This document shows positions 1-9,542 of a stretch of DNA of 64,000 nucleotides, in pieces. This DNA comes from Ornithinimicrobium sp. (GTDB lineage Bacteria; Actinomycetota; Actinomycetes; Actinomycetales; Dermatophilaceae): assembly GCA_049650845.1 (NCBI GenBank), contig JBASAZ010000141.1, positions 12,072-76,071 on the forward strand, written 5' to 3'. A program made the position numbers and the translations under genes. The notes under the pieces were generated by a model, which had not been told where the DNA came from, made no database searches, and saw only the letters and a list, made by a program, of their open reading frames with translations. Positions within the stretch are counted from its first letter, which is position 1; every line of letters begins with the position of its first letter.

Positions 1-1115
1 CGAGCGCCGCCTGTGCGTAGTTGTGCTCCAGCCGCAGTGCCGTCTTCGATCTGGGCCAGCACGCGGGTCAGCGACCGCTCGTCGACCATGGGACCCATCT
101 GAGTGTCCGGGTCCAGCGGATCTGCAGGTGACCACTGCTTCGTCGCCGCGATCACACGCTCAACGACTCGATCGGCGATGTCGCGGTGCAGGATCAGCCG
201 GGAGCCGGCCGTGCACATTTCGCCGGAGTTGAAGAAGATCGCCCAGGCGGCCATGTCTGCGGCAACGTCCAGGTCGGGCGCGTCCGGGAAGATGATGTTC
301 GGGGACTTGCCGCCCAGCTCTAGATACACCCGCTTCAGGTTCGAGTCCGCGGAGTACCTCAGGAAGTGCCGGCCCACTGCGGTCGAGCCGGTGAAGGTCA
401 GGATGTCGACGTCCTCGTGCTCGCCGAGCCGTCGTCCGACCTCCGTTCCGTCGCCGTTGAGCACGTTGAACACCCCCGGTGGTAGACCCGCTTCGACGCC
501 CAGCGCCGCCACGCGCAGCATGGACAGCGGTGTCTGCTCGGCGGTCTTCAGCACGACCGTGCAGCCCGCCGCCAGCGCCGGCGCGAACTTCCACCCCCCG
601 ATGGTCAGCGGGAAGTTCCATGGGACCACTGCGGCAACCACCCCGGCCGGCTCGCGGGTGACCAGCGCCAGCTCACCGGACTGGGTCGGGGCGACCTCGC
701 CGTGCTCCTTATCCACGATCTCGCCGTAGTAGCGCAACGTCGTGATCAGCGCCCGGAGCTCGATCTCCCAGGCAACCCGGATGGGTTTACCCATCTCCAG
801 GCTGACCAGCAGCGCGAGCTCGTCGCGATGTTCCTCCACCAGCGCGGCGAACGCCTGCAGGATCCGGCCGCGTTCGCGCGGGTGCAGACGGGGCCAAGGG
901 CCCGTGTCGAAGGCAGTCCGCGCTGCTGCAACTGCTGCATCAGCCTGCGGCACCCCGGCCCAGGGAATCTCTCCCAGCACCGAGCCGTCGCGTGGGGTGA
1001 CGAACTCTCGAGAGTCCGATCCGGGCTCGAAGCCACCGTTGATGAACAGCCCGCTGGGCAGTTCAAGGTCTGCGGCGAGGGCCGACCAGTCGGTAGCGGC
1101 TACGTGGTCTGTCAT
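1..1115 (-). CDS. aldehyde dehydrogenase family protein, C-terminus cut by the window edge (candidate succinate-semialdehyde dehydrogenase closing the homoprotocatechuate pathway)
   Basis: Absent from the ORF track because it runs off the window. My reverse translation from ATG(1115) gives MTDHVAATDWSALAADLELPSGLFINGGFEPG...VVPWNFPLTIGGWKFAPALAAGCTVVLK...FTGSTAVG...YLELGGKSPNIIF...NSGEMCTAGSRL. These are the ALDH cofactor-binding, catalytic Glu (ELGGKS) and catalytic Cys (CTAGSR) motifs. Same strand, 18 bp after the FAH gene. Confidence 0.85.
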   Translation of the reverse strand, partial: MTDHVAATDWSALAADLELPSGLFINGGFEPGSDSREFVTPRDGSVLGEIPWAGVPQADAAVAAARTAFDTGPWPRLHPRERGRILQAFAALVEEHRDELALLVSLEMGKPIRVAWEIELRALITTLRYYGEIVDKEHGEVAPTQSGELALVTREPAGVVAAVVPWNFPLTIGGWKFAPALAAGCTVVLKTAEQTPLSMLRVAALGVEAGLPPGVFNVLNGDGTEVGRRLGEHEDVDILTFTGSTAVGRHFLRYSADSNLKRVYLELGGKSPNIIFPDAPDLDVAADMAAWAIFFNSGEMCTAGSRLILHRDIADRVVERVIAATKQWSPADPLDPDTQMGPMVDERSLTRVLAQIEDGTAAGAQLRTGGA

Positions 1116-1133
1116 GGTGACTCCCTGAGGTCT

Positions 1134-1991
1134 TCAGCTGCCCGGAGGGGCAGGCTTGCGTACGCCGCGGAACTCCCAGTCGCCGCCCTGCGCGGTCGAC
1201 AGGACCTCCTCGGATTCTGTCGGTTGGGCTCCGACATCGTCGCGGATCGCGGTGGGACCGGTGACGATGTGGTTACGCAACGTGCCCAGGCCTTCGACCT
1301 CCACCTCAACGACATCGCCGGGATAGACCGTCCGCGAGATCGCCGGGGTCCCGGAGAGCAAGAGATCGCCCGGTTGCAGGGTGATGGTGCGCGCGATGTC
1401 AGCGACAAGATAGTTCATGTCCCACGTCATCTCATCGGTGTTGCCGTCCTGCTTGACCTCGCCGTTCACCAACGTGCGTATTCCCTTGCCGCGGAAGTCC
1501 CAACCCTCGACGATTCCTGGCCCGACCGGGCATAGCGTGTCGGCACCCTTGACACGCAACATTGAGCCCGAGTCGGTGTCACGGAAGTCATGCAGCCCGT
1601 AGTCGTTGGCCACTGTGAAGCCCCGGATATAGTCCCCGGCTTCAGCAGGCGAGACGTTGCGGCAGGTCCGACCGATGACGATCGCGATCTCACCCTCGTA
1701 GTTCAACCAGGAGCATCCCTGCGGCCGGATCACGGCGGCGTCATGAGAGTTCAGGGCGGAGACCGGCTTGTGGAAGTAGGTGGGCGCCGGCGGCAACGTC
1801 GTCATCATCTCCTCAACCCGGGAGATGTAGTTGAGGTGAACGCACACGATCTTCGAGGGTGTCACCGGAGGCAGGTGCACCGCGTCGTCGATCGCGACCT
1901 CCCGGCCGTCACCGGCCACCAAGGCATCCCCGTGGCGCACCACGTCGGTGGTATTACCGTCGAGCACAATTCGGCGGGTTTCTCGCATCAT
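1134..1991 (-). CDS. fumarylacetoacetate hydrolase (FAH) family enzyme, HpaG-like isomerase/decarboxylase of the homoprotocatechuate pathway
   Basis: ORF 1134..2297 trimmed to the ATGATG at 1991, because the upstream 102 codons overlap hpaD. Single FAH domain (KIVCVHLNY, NYEGEIAIVIG, ANDYGLHDFR, GDLLLSGTP). Lies directly after hpaD. Confidence 0.8.
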   Translation of the reverse strand: MMRETRRIVLDGNTTDVVRHGDALVAGDGREVAIDDAVHLPPVTPSKIVCVHLNYISRVEEMMTTLPPAPTYFHKPVSALNSHDAAVIRPQGCSWLNYEGEIAIVIGRTCRNVSPAEAGDYIRGFTVANDYGLHDFRDTDSGSMLRVKGADTLCPVGPGIVEGWDFRGKGIRTLVNGEVKQDGNTDEMTWDMNYLVADIARTITLQPGDLLLSGTPAISRTVYPGDVVEVEVEGLGTLRNHIVTGPTAIRDDVGAQPTESEEVLSTAQGGDWEFRGVRKPAPPGS

Positions 1992-2005
1992 GTCTCTCTC
2001 TTCGC

Positions 2006-2965
2006 TCAGCCTGCGGCCGGCACATCGGGCAGGCTCATCTGGCGCGCGTAGTCCGGGTCTTGAGGAGTGGACTTCGGCGCGGGGAAACCTGCTTCGGGTC
2101 GGTCGAACCACAGGTGCACCTGACCGGTGCCGATGGAGTTCTCGTACTCGCCATACTGACGGGAGGTGGCAGTGCATGCCTCTTCGCCAAGGGCCCCGAT
2201 CATCATCAGGTAGTGCATGAACTTCGCCTCCGGTCGAAAGCGCATAAACTCCGGCATGGTCTCCAGCACCCGTGCGTGGTCGCCCTGGGCAAACCACTCC
2301 AGCCGTTCCATATCGGCGGCGTATGCCTCCTGGCTGAAGATGTGCTCGGTCGGGGCCGCCTCGTGATCGCGCAGCTGACGCAGGGGCCAGAAGGTATGCG
2401 ACATGGCGCCGGAGGCGATGAGCAGCACCTTGCGGTCGGACTCGGCGATAGCGTGACCCAGCGCACGCCCCAAGCGCAGGGCATCTTCACTGTCGGCGGT
2501 CTGACAGACGCCGATGGAGATCCACCTCTTGTCCGGCAGCCCGTCGCCGAGGAACTCCCACAGGTTGGTGGTTGCGTAGAAGATGGGGAGCTCGTGGTCA
2601 TCGATCGCGGCGATCCAGGTCGAGTGCTCCGGGGCTTTGCCGGCGATCAGGTGCGCGAGCTCGGGGTCACCGGCGAAGTCATAGGGACGGCGACACATCC
2701 CGCGCGGTAGCTCTTCAGAGGTGAACAAGCCGCTGCGCCGGTCTTGCGCGGTCACCACGAACTCGACGGTGGTAGCCCAATGTGAATCGAGCACGACCAC
2801 CGTGTCGTAGTCGAGCTGGTCGAATACCTCGGCTCGCAACTGGTGCAGGCCGGAGACTAGCGTCGTTTCGTTGCCGTTGTTGATCTCCCGGCGAATCGAC
2901 TCGGGGAGCACGATCGTCGGGACGTGCGCCAGCAGACCGGCGCCTACTACTTCACCCATGGTCAT
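2006..2965 (-). CDS. hpaD: 3,4-dihydroxyphenylacetate (homoprotocatechuate) 2,3-dioxygenase, LigB-type class III extradiol dioxygenase
   Basis: 319-aa ORF. LigB-fold pattern (VVVLDSHWATTVEF, LLIASGAMSHTFWP). ATGA 4-bp overlap with the upstream hpaE stop. Confidence 0.85.
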   Translation of the reverse strand: MTMGEVVGAGLLAHVPTIVLPESIRREINNGNETTLVSGLHQLRAEVFDQLDYDTVVVLDSHWATTVEFVVTAQDRRSGLFTSEELPRGMCRRPYDFAGDPELAHLIAGKAPEHSTWIAAIDDHELPIFYATTNLWEFLGDGLPDKRWISIGVCQTADSEDALRLGRALGHAIAESDRKVLLIASGAMSHTFWPLRQLRDHEAAPTEHIFSQEAYAADMERLEWFAQGDHARVLETMPEFMRFRPEAKFMHYLMMIGALGEEACTATSRQYGEYENSIGTGQVHLWFDRPEAGFPAPKSTPQDPDYARQMSLPDVPAAG

Positions 2966-4437
2966 TCCTTCCAGCCGTCTGGACTGAAGACGGCATTCTT
3001 GATGTCGGTGTAGAAATCAAAACTCCAGACGCCGCCCTCGCGGCCGATTCCTGACTGTCCGTTGCCGCCGAAGGGGGCGCCGAGGTCTCGGACGAAGAAG
3101 CAGTTCACCCACACTGTGCCAGTGTCCAAGGCCAGGGAGACCCGCTCGGCTCGCTCAGGGCTGCCGGTCGCCAGCGTCGCGGCGAGACCGAAGCGTGTGT
3201 TGTTCGCCAGCTCCACGGCGTGCTCTTCAGAAGTGAAAGTCTCGATCGTGAGCACCGGGCCGAAGACCTCTTCGGTGAGGATCTCGCTGCCAGGATCGGC
3301 GTCGACGAGGATCGTCGGTGCGTAGTACAAGCCCCCGAGGTCGGCGTTGGGCGTTCCTCCCAGCAGCGGACGGGCCCCAGCAGCGATGGCTCGCTCGACG
3401 AAACCTGCCACCTGGTCGAAGTGCTCCCGGGTGATGAGGGCAGAGAGATCGCTGGCCTCATCGCGGGGGTCGCCCTGAGTCAGTTCAGCCGCCTTGGCCA
3501 CCACGCGATCGGTAAACTCCTCCGCGACTGAAGCCTCGACGAGAATCCGCGCTCCCTTGAGACAGACCTGGCCTGCGTTGTCGAACTGCTCGACCGCCAG
3601 ATTGACGGCCAAGTCGAGGTCAGCATCAGCAAAGACCACGAAAGGTGACTTCCCGCCGAGCTCAAAAGACAGCGGGACGATGTTGGGGGCCGCGGCTGTA
3701 GCAATCACACCCGCGGTGGGGACCGAGCCGGTGAAGGCGAGCCGGTCGATGTCCGGGTGGGCGGTCAGGGCGGCACCGGCATCCCGACCTCGACCCTGCA
3801 CCACGTTGAAAACTCCATCGGGCACCCCGGCCTCGCTGATGATGTCGGCCAGCAGACTTGCGGTCAGCGGAGCCCATTCCGGGGGTTTGAGCACCACGGT
3901 GTTGCCGGCGGCGAGCGCTGGGCCGATCCGCCACGTGGCCAGCATCAGCGGCGCGTTCCATGGCGTGATGACGACCACCACCCCGGCCGGGTCGTACGTC
4001 ACCCGCTCTCGGTGGCCCCGGATCTCTAGGTCGGGATGGCCGAGCTCCTGCTCGGCGTAATCCGCAAAGAATCGGAAGTTCATCGCCACTCGCGGCATGA
4101 CCCCGCGGCGGTGGCTGCGCAGCAACGATCCGTTGTCGCGTGTCTCAACGCGCGCCAAGTCCTCGACCCGGGCCTCGATTCCGTCCGCCACCCGCCGCAG
4201 CAGCGCGGACCGCTCGGAAACGGGAAGCGCGGACCATGCGGGGAAGGCTGCTCGCGCTGCTGCGACGGCAGCGTCCGCCTCCGCCTGGCCACCGGCGTGC
4301 ACCATACCGATCTGCACCTCGTCGATCGGCGAGATATCGGCGAAGGTCTCCGGCGAGGCCACACGTCGACCCCCAATCCAATGCCGAAGGTCCACCGACA
4401 CGCCCTCGACGTCGGTCGTTGCTTCGGCTCCGGTCAT
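2962..4437 (-). CDS. hpaE: 5-carboxymethyl-2-hydroxymuconate semialdehyde dehydrogenase
   Basis: ORF 2962..4539 trimmed to ATG 4437, which follows GGGAG 7 nt upstream. ALDH motifs ITPWNAPLMLATWRIGPALAAGNTVVLKPPE, FELGGKSP, NAGQVCLKGARI. Operon context with hpaD. Confidence 0.85.
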   Translation of the reverse strand: MTGAEATTDVEGVSVDLRHWIGGRRVASPETFADISPIDEVQIGMVHAGGQAEADAAVAAARAAFPAWSALPVSERSALLRRVADGIEARVEDLARVETRDNGSLLRSHRRGVMPRVAMNFRFFADYAEQELGHPDLEIRGHRERVTYDPAGVVVVITPWNAPLMLATWRIGPALAAGNTVVLKPPEWAPLTASLLADIISEAGVPDGVFNVVQGRGRDAGAALTAHPDIDRLAFTGSVPTAGVIATAAAPNIVPLSFELGGKSPFVVFADADLDLAVNLAVEQFDNAGQVCLKGARILVEASVAEEFTDRVVAKAAELTQGDPRDEASDLSALITREHFDQVAGFVERAIAAGARPLLGGTPNADLGGLYYAPTILVDADPGSEILTEEVFGPVLTIETFTSEEHAVELANNTRFGLAATLATGSPERAERVSLALDTGTVWVNCFFVRDLGAPFGGNGQSGIGREGGVWSFDFYTDIKNAVFSPDGWKE

Positions 4438-4497
4438 GCTCGCACTCCCATTCTTCACGTCGCTTCTGCGGTCGGCCCGGACAGGACCGTTGGGGAT

Positions 4498-4513
4498 CGT
4501 TAGGGAACTAACG
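4498..4513. promoter_or_regulatory. inverted repeat CGTTAG-GGAA-CTAACG upstream of hpaE, candidate operator
   Basis: 6-bp perfect arms with a 4-bp spacer, about 60 bp upstream of the hpaE start, in a locally AT-richer stretch. No cognate regulator is visible in the window. Confidence 0.25.
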
Positions 4514-4607
4514 TATAGGCCCATCGAGATCTCGGTCAACCAACATCACACCCTTGCCCCACCACAGCACAGCGCGTACCGTACGGGACCAAACAACTTC
4601 AGGATGA

Positions 4608-4910
4608 GTACCCGCGCTCGCTCATGAAGTCATTGACATCGACTTCTACGTCGACTTTCTGGGCGTCGATCCCTCCCTCTTGGGCCACCTGGGGCGTTCT
4701 CACACGGACGTCACCAGACTCGGTCCCCTCGCCGAACTCTGCGGCGCCGAACGGCTCGTGCTCAACCATCTGGTTCCCGCGGATCCACGTCTGGTGTCCG
4801 ATGGTCAATGGACACGAAAGGCTCGCCGCGGCTACAGCGGCCGGGTGTACGTCGGCGACGACCTCATGTCGATCCAGTTGACCAAGAAGCGGTCACGGGT
4901 ACTGAACTGA
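4608..4910 (+). pseudogene. C-terminal remnant of an MBL-fold metallo-hydrolase (about 100 codons, no N-terminal HxHxDH region)
   Basis: The frame is open from 4608 (stop at 4605). It reads ...GRSHTDVTRLGPLAELCGAERLVLNHLVPADPRL...GRVYVGDDLMSIQL, the typical last strand-helix segment of RNase Z / beta-lactamase-fold hydrolases (xxLVLxHL). Only a TTG (4680) is available as a start, and there is no SD. Confidence 0.45.
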
Positions 4911-5011
4911 CAGCCCCCAGCTTGAGTCGATCCGCCACGGGCCGACACGGTGAGAACCACGGCTGGCAACGTCAGGGGCAGCACCCACCGATCCGTCTCA
5001 CGGCGCCGATC

Positions 5012-5809
5012 TCATCGCGAGGCTACGACGATGTGGGCCGGAGCCTCGAACACCATCGTCCCGTCCGTGGCCACGAACTCGGCGAGTAGATTGTCGGCCT
5101 CGGTGAGGACCGACTCGATCAGAGCATCGTCGAGGACGACCCCCATTACTGGCAGCCATCCTCGAAGATCGGCCTCGACCATCGAGCGAACGCTCGGGAA
5201 CCTGGCGATGCCCACTGGGCTGCTGATCGACATCGTCGTTGCTCCGGCCCGCTCGAACACGTCCCGAAGCTCGTGGATGTCACCCATCGCGAACGGAGCC
5301 CGGAGCGCGTCGGCGGCAGCCGGACCGGCACGTCGATCCAACAGTGCCACGGAGATGGGGTACGCCTGAGAGCGTTCCAATGCCTCCCATACGGCGACCA
5401 CGACTCGCCCGACAGGCTTGGTGCAGCGGAGCATCTCGCGGATCGCCAGAACCGGGTCGGGGAAGAACATCAGCCCGAACTGGCTGACCACGGCGTCGAA
5501 GGAGTCGTCGTCGAAGGGAAGGTGGCCAGCCTCACCCTCGACCCACCGGACGCCCGGCTCGATGCGCTCAGCGACGGTGAGCATGCCAAGGCCGATGTCC
5601 AGGCCCGTCACCGATCCCGTCGGTCCGACTCGACGATGCGCGGCACGTGCGAGGACGCCGGTGCCGCACGCAACATCGAGGACGCTGTGCCCGGTGCCCA
5701 CGGCGGCAGCCGCGAGCACCGGGTCAACCCATTGTCCGAACAACGCGTTGACGTGCAGATGCTCATACGCCCACGCTGCCTCAACGGCTGGGTCCGATGG
5801 ACTCGACAT
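5012..5809 (-). CDS. class I SAM-dependent methyltransferase
   Basis: ORF 5012..5866 trimmed to ATG 5809, with a GGGAGG SD 6-11 nt upstream. Motif I VLDVACGTGVLA. Methyltransf_11-like spacing (FDAVVSQFGLMFF). Confidence 0.8.
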   Translation of the reverse strand: MSSPSDPAVEAAWAYEHLHVNALFGQWVDPVLAAAAVGTGHSVLDVACGTGVLARAAHRRVGPTGSVTGLDIGLGMLTVAERIEPGVRWVEGEAGHLPFDDDSFDAVVSQFGLMFFPDPVLAIREMLRCTKPVGRVVVAVWEALERSQAYPISVALLDRRAGPAAADALRAPFAMGDIHELRDVFERAGATTMSISSPVGIARFPSVRSMVEADLRGWLPVMGVVLDDALIESVLTEADNLLAEFVATDGTMVFEAPAHIVVASR

Positions 5810-5953
5810 CGCAGCCTCCCACTGGCCTGAGCGGTGCACTGTGCGCGCTCTTCGAGCGTGGAGCAACCACGTGTGTCAGTCAAGGGTCCGGCGCTGTCGC
5901 GGGGTCGTCGACAGGTCGCCATGTCCTCGAGAAGGACCTCGCCTGAAGGGGAC

Positions 5954-6988
5954 CTAGGCGCCGGTCGACACGCTCCGGTCGCGTTGCTCCAGGGCCAGAG
6001 AGCCGTAGGGATACTCGCCGGGGCCAGGATCGCTGGCCTGATTCAGCGATTCGACCTCGGTCTCCTCCAGATGAAGGTCGGCCGCACCCAGGTTGCCGGT
6101 CAACTGCTCGAGCGTGCGAGCACCGAGGATGACCGAGGTGACGGCCGGTCGGTCGACCAACCAGGCCAGCGCGACCTGGGCCATCGACACACCGCGCGCG
6201 TCGGCGATCTCACGCACGGCATCAACCACATCCCAGGTGCGCTGCGAGGACGAGCGGCGATCGTAGGCTTCCATTCCTCGCTCCGGGTCCTCCCCCAGGC
6301 GCGTGGTGCCGGTGGGTCGCTCCTCCTGCGCGTACTTGCCGGTCAGCCAGCCTCCGGCCAGGGGCGACCAGGGCAACAGCCCCAGACCCGCGTCGAGACA
6401 GGAGGGCACGACTTCCCACTCCAGTTCGCGCGTCAGAAGGTTGTACTGCGGCTGCAAGGTCACCGGGGACTGCAGCCTGCGCTCGCGAGTCATCGCCATG
6501 ACTTTCTGCACCTGCCAGCCGGTGTAGTTGGATAGACCGACGTAGCGGACCTTGCCGGCCCGGACGAAGCCGTCCAAGGTGTCCAGGGTTTCTTCCAGTG
6601 GGGTCACCGGATCCCAGGCGTGCACCTGATAGAGGTCGACGCAGTCGACCCCGAGGCGTCCCAGCGAATCGTCCAGGGCCCGCTGCAGGTGCCGCCGGGA
6701 GAGGCCCACGTCGTTCACGTCCTCGCCCATCGGGAAGCGGCCCTTAGTGGCCAACACCACCCGGTCCCGCACCTCGGGCGAGGTCTGGGCCAGCCACCGC
6801 CCGATGATCTCCTCGGAGACGCCGCCGCTGTAGACGTCGGCCGTGTCGACCAGGTTGCCCCCGGCCTCGACGAAGGCGTCCAGCTGAGCGTGCGATCCCG
6901 CCTCGTCGGTCTCGCTGCCGAAGGTCATCGTGCCAAGCGTGAAAGTGGAGACAGCGCATCCGCTGCGTCCCAGAGTTCGATAGTCCAT
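5954..6988 (-). CDS. aldo/keto reductase family oxidoreductase
   Basis: 344-aa ORF. MDYRTLGRSGCAVSTFTLGTMTFG N-terminus, DTADVYSGG, VDLYQVHAWD, LSNYTGWQ. Typical AKR11/Tas-like pattern. Confidence 0.85.
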   Translation of the reverse strand: MDYRTLGRSGCAVSTFTLGTMTFGSETDEAGSHAQLDAFVEAGGNLVDTADVYSGGVSEEIIGRWLAQTSPEVRDRVVLATKGRFPMGEDVNDVGLSRRHLQRALDDSLGRLGVDCVDLYQVHAWDPVTPLEETLDTLDGFVRAGKVRYVGLSNYTGWQVQKVMAMTRERRLQSPVTLQPQYNLLTRELEWEVVPSCLDAGLGLLPWSPLAGGWLTGKYAQEERPTGTTRLGEDPERGMEAYDRRSSSQRTWDVVDAVREIADARGVSMAQVALAWLVDRPAVTSVILGARTLEQLTGNLGAADLHLEETEVESLNQASDPGPGEYPYGSLALEQRDRSVSTGA

Positions 6989-7065
6989 GCGCCCATCCTT
7001 GCTGGGCCTCGCCCGCCTGTCATCTTCGCGGTGAGGGCGGTGGAATCGACGATGGCACCGCCGGC

Positions 7066-8301
7066 TTAGGCGGGGGAACGCGCCCCTGTGCGTTGGAGCT
7101 GGGTCACGTGGCCAGGTTCGAGCTCGTCAAGGGTGGTCACCCCAAGCAGGCGCATCGTTCGCTCGATCTGTCCGCTCAGAATCTCGATAGCCCGGTCGAC
7201 TCCTGGGCGGCCGCCAGCCATCAGCCCGTAGAGGTAGGCACGGCCGATCAGGGTGAAGTGGGCCCCATGCGCCAAGGCGGCGACGATGTCCTGACCGGAC
7301 ATGATCCCGGTATCCAGGTGGACCTCCAGATCTGAACCAACCGCCTCGACGACCTGCGGCAAGAGATAGAACGGCACGGGCGCCCGGTCGAGCTGTCTCC
7401 CTCCGTGGTTGGAGAGGACGATCGCGTCGACACCGAGGTCGGCGAGCTTCTGGGCGTCGGCGACGGTCTGCACGCCTTTCACCGAAACCTTGCCGGGCCA
7501 CTGGTCGCGGATCCAGGCCAGATCCTCATAGGTCACCGTGGGGTCGAACATCGTGTCGAGCAGGTCAGCGACCGTCCCGGACCATGAGTCGAGGGAAGCG
7601 AACGCCAACGGCTCGGTGGTGAGGAAGTTGAACCACCACGCCGGCCGGGGGATCGCATTGACGACCGTGCCCACGCTCAGCGTGGGCGGGATCGTCATAC
7701 CGTTGCGCACGTCGCGCAACCTGGCGCCCGCCACCGGCACATCAACGGTGACGACCAACGTGTCGTAGCCGGCCTTGGCGGCCCGATCGACCAGGGCCAT
7801 CGACTTTTCACGGTCTTTCCACATGTAGAGCTGAAACCAGTTCCGGCCACCGGGGGCTGCTGCGGCGACATCCTCGACGGAGGTCGTCCCCATCGTGGAG
7901 AGCGTGAAGGGGATCCCGGCAGCTTCCGCCGCGGTCGCCCCGGCAATCTCTCCCTCGGCCTGCATCATCCGGGTGAAGCCGGTCGGCGCGATCCCGAAGG
8001 GCAACGCCACGCTCTGGCCGAGAACGGTCCGTGAGGTGTCGACGCGAGAGACGTCGTGCAGAATCGCCGGGTTGAACTCCACGTCGCCGAAAGCTTCCCG
8101 GGCCCGAGTCAGCGACACCTCACCGTCCGCGGCCCCGTCGGTGTAGTCGAACGCTGCCTTGGGGGTCCGGCGTTTGGCGATGGTGCGCAGGTCCTCGATC
8201 GTCAAGGCTGACGTCAACCTTCGCTGACGCGGCGACAGCTCCACCTTCTTGAACTGCAACAGGGGAGCAAGGTCGCGGCGCTTGGGCAGTTGACGTTTCA
8301 T
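7066..8301 (-). CDS. lldD: FMN-dependent alpha-hydroxy-acid dehydrogenase, LldD2-type L-lactate dehydrogenase (quinone)
   Basis: ORF 7066..8817 trimmed to ATG 8301 (GGAG 7 nt upstream), giving 411 aa. N-terminal [11 protein letters not shown]...[23 protein letters not shown] extension as in mycobacterial LldD2. Also [40 protein letters not shown]. Confidence 0.85.
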   Translation of the reverse strand: MKRQLPKRRDLAPLLQFKKVELSPRQRRLTSALTIEDLRTIAKRRTPKAAFDYTDGAADGEVSLTRAREAFGDVEFNPAILHDVSRVDTSRTVLGQSVALPFGIAPTGFTRMMQAEGEIAGATAAEAAGIPFTLSTMGTTSVEDVAAAAPGGRNWFQLYMWKDREKSMALVDRAAKAGYDTLVVTVDVPVAGARLRDVRNGMTIPPTLSVGTVVNAIPRPAWWFNFLTTEPLAFASLDSWSGTVADLLDTMFDPTVTYEDLAWIRDQWPGKVSVKGVQTVADAQKLADLGVDAIVLSNHGGRQLDRAPVPFYLLPQVVEAVGSDLEVHLDTGIMSGQDIVAALAHGAHFTLIGRAYLYGLMAGGRPGVDRAIEILSGQIERTMRLLGVTTLDELEPGHVTQLQRTGARSPA

Positions 8302-8475
8302 GGGCACGCTCCGATATCGCGAGAGTCGTCGTGCGGATTGGCTGGTTTGCCACTGCTGCCGACCCGGGCTGAGCTTCCGCGTGACTCTGCACCGAGCGTG
8401 TCGAAGCGCACGGCGCTGCGAGCGATATGCGGCACCGAACCGCTGCTCATGGACCTGCGCCCGAGTTTCGATCGT

Positions 8476-8492
8476 GGCCATGAGGCATGGCC
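8476..8492. promoter_or_regulatory. palindrome GGCCATG-AGG-CATGGCC in the lldD/IclR divergent region, candidate IclR-type operator
   Basis: Perfect 7-bp arms with a 3-bp spacer, roughly in the middle of a 346-bp non-coding divergent region. Confidence 0.25.
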
Positions 8493-8647
8493 GAGAGTTT
8501 ACAACCGCCCCGTGCCGAAACGTCCAGGGGAAAGCTCTCCGGCCTTCGGTGGACCGATGCGATCGGCTCGTCGGCCATCGCCGCAGGCCCCGAAAAGGGC
8601 CAATCCAGGCTGAGTTAGGATCACGAGTTCTGGAGAAGAGGCCCCGG

Positions 8648-9418
8648 GTGAAACCACCGAACACGTCGGCAAGCAAAGTGCAGTCCATTGATCGGGCGCT
8701 GATGATGCTGGAGCTGATCGCCGATTCCGGTGGATCATTGCGGCTGGCCGATCTGGAAGCCGCCACGGGCCTACCCCTGCCTACGGTGCATCGGCTGGCG
8801 AAGTCGTTGGTCCACAACGGCTATCTGCGCCAAAATCCGTCGCGAGCCTACGCGCTTGGGCCGCGCCTCATCCGGCTGGGCGAGATCTCCGCGCGGGGGT
8901 TGGGATCGTGGGCCAAGCCGCATCTGAATCGCGCCGTCGCGGAGATCGGGGAGACCGCGAACCTGGCCGTGCTCGAGGGTGACGAAATCCTCTACGTCGC
9001 CCAGATTCCCTCGCCGCATTCGATGCGGATGTTCACCGAGGTAGGTCGTCGGGTCTCGGCGCACTGCAGCGGGGTGGGAAAGGCCCTGCTTTCGCAGTTG
9101 GATGACGACAGCGTGCTCGATCTGCTCGGGCGCACAGGTATGCCCTCGCGGACGGCGAACACCATCACGGACCCGGACACGCTCTTGGCCGAGGTCCGTC
9201 ACATCCGTGAGCGGGGTTGGGCGGTGGATCACGGCGAACAAGAAGCGGGCGTATGGTGCATCGCCGCTCCGATCCCTCAGGCCCCGGCCCGCATCGCCAT
9301 CTCGGTCTCGGGGCCGTCCGGTCGACTGACCGAACAGCGCGTCGCCGAGGTCGCTCCTATTCTGTGTGACATCGCCGCGCAGCTGGGTGACGACTTGGAC
9401 GCAGAGTCCGCCGTCTGA
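8648..9418 (+). CDS. IclR family transcriptional regulator
   Basis: ORF 8300..9418 trimmed to GTG 8648 (GGAGAAGAGG upstream). The start must precede the [54 protein letters not shown]-terminal IclR effector domain ([21 protein letters not shown]). Confidence 0.8.
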   Translation: MKPPNTSASKVQSIDRALMMLELIADSGGSLRLADLEAATGLPLPTVHRLAKSLVHNGYLRQNPSRAYALGPRLIRLGEISARGLGSWAKPHLNRAVAEIGETANLAVLEGDEILYVAQIPSPHSMRMFTEVGRRVSAHCSGVGKALLSQLDDDSVLDLLGRTGMPSRTANTITDPDTLLAEVRHIRERGWAVDHGEQEAGVWCIAAPIPQAPARIAISVSGPSGRLTEQRVAEVAPILCDIAAQLGDDLDAESAV

Positions 9419-9469
9419 GGTCGTGACGTTCCCGTCCACGCGGACGAAAACGGTGCCTGTGAGTATCTC

Positions 9470-9498
9470 TTGACACCCCCATACTTCTGGGGCATTGT
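9470..9498 (+). promoter_or_regulatory. putative sigma-70-type promoter of the glc operon (-35 TTGACA, 17-bp spacer, -10 CATTGT)
   Basis: TTGACA at 9470-9475 and CATTGT at 9493-9498. The spacer contains a small inverted repeat CCCCA-N6-TGGGG. About 45 nt upstream of the glcD start. Confidence 0.3.
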
Positions 9499-9542
9499 GT
9501 CGGCAGGCGAGATTTTCCTCTCATAATATGGAAGGCCGGGCA

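Noticed and set aside
4577-4584. Short palindromes such as CCGTACGG (4577-4584) and CGCATGCG (about 26375), and the GCCGCCGC-A-GCGGCGGC repeat (about 17593-17609).
   Set aside because: They are too short or too GC-driven to distinguish from chance in high-GC DNA, and they have no positional relation to a start codon or promoter.
8302-8817. Long 5' extensions of real genes in the ORF track (lldD to 8817, IclR from 8300, malate synthase from 15430, TetR to 21503, SBP to 47497, FAH to 2297, hpaE to 4539).
   Set aside because: The extensions overlap neighbouring genes or divergent promoters and have non-protein-like composition. Internal starts with SD sequences give products of the canonical family length.
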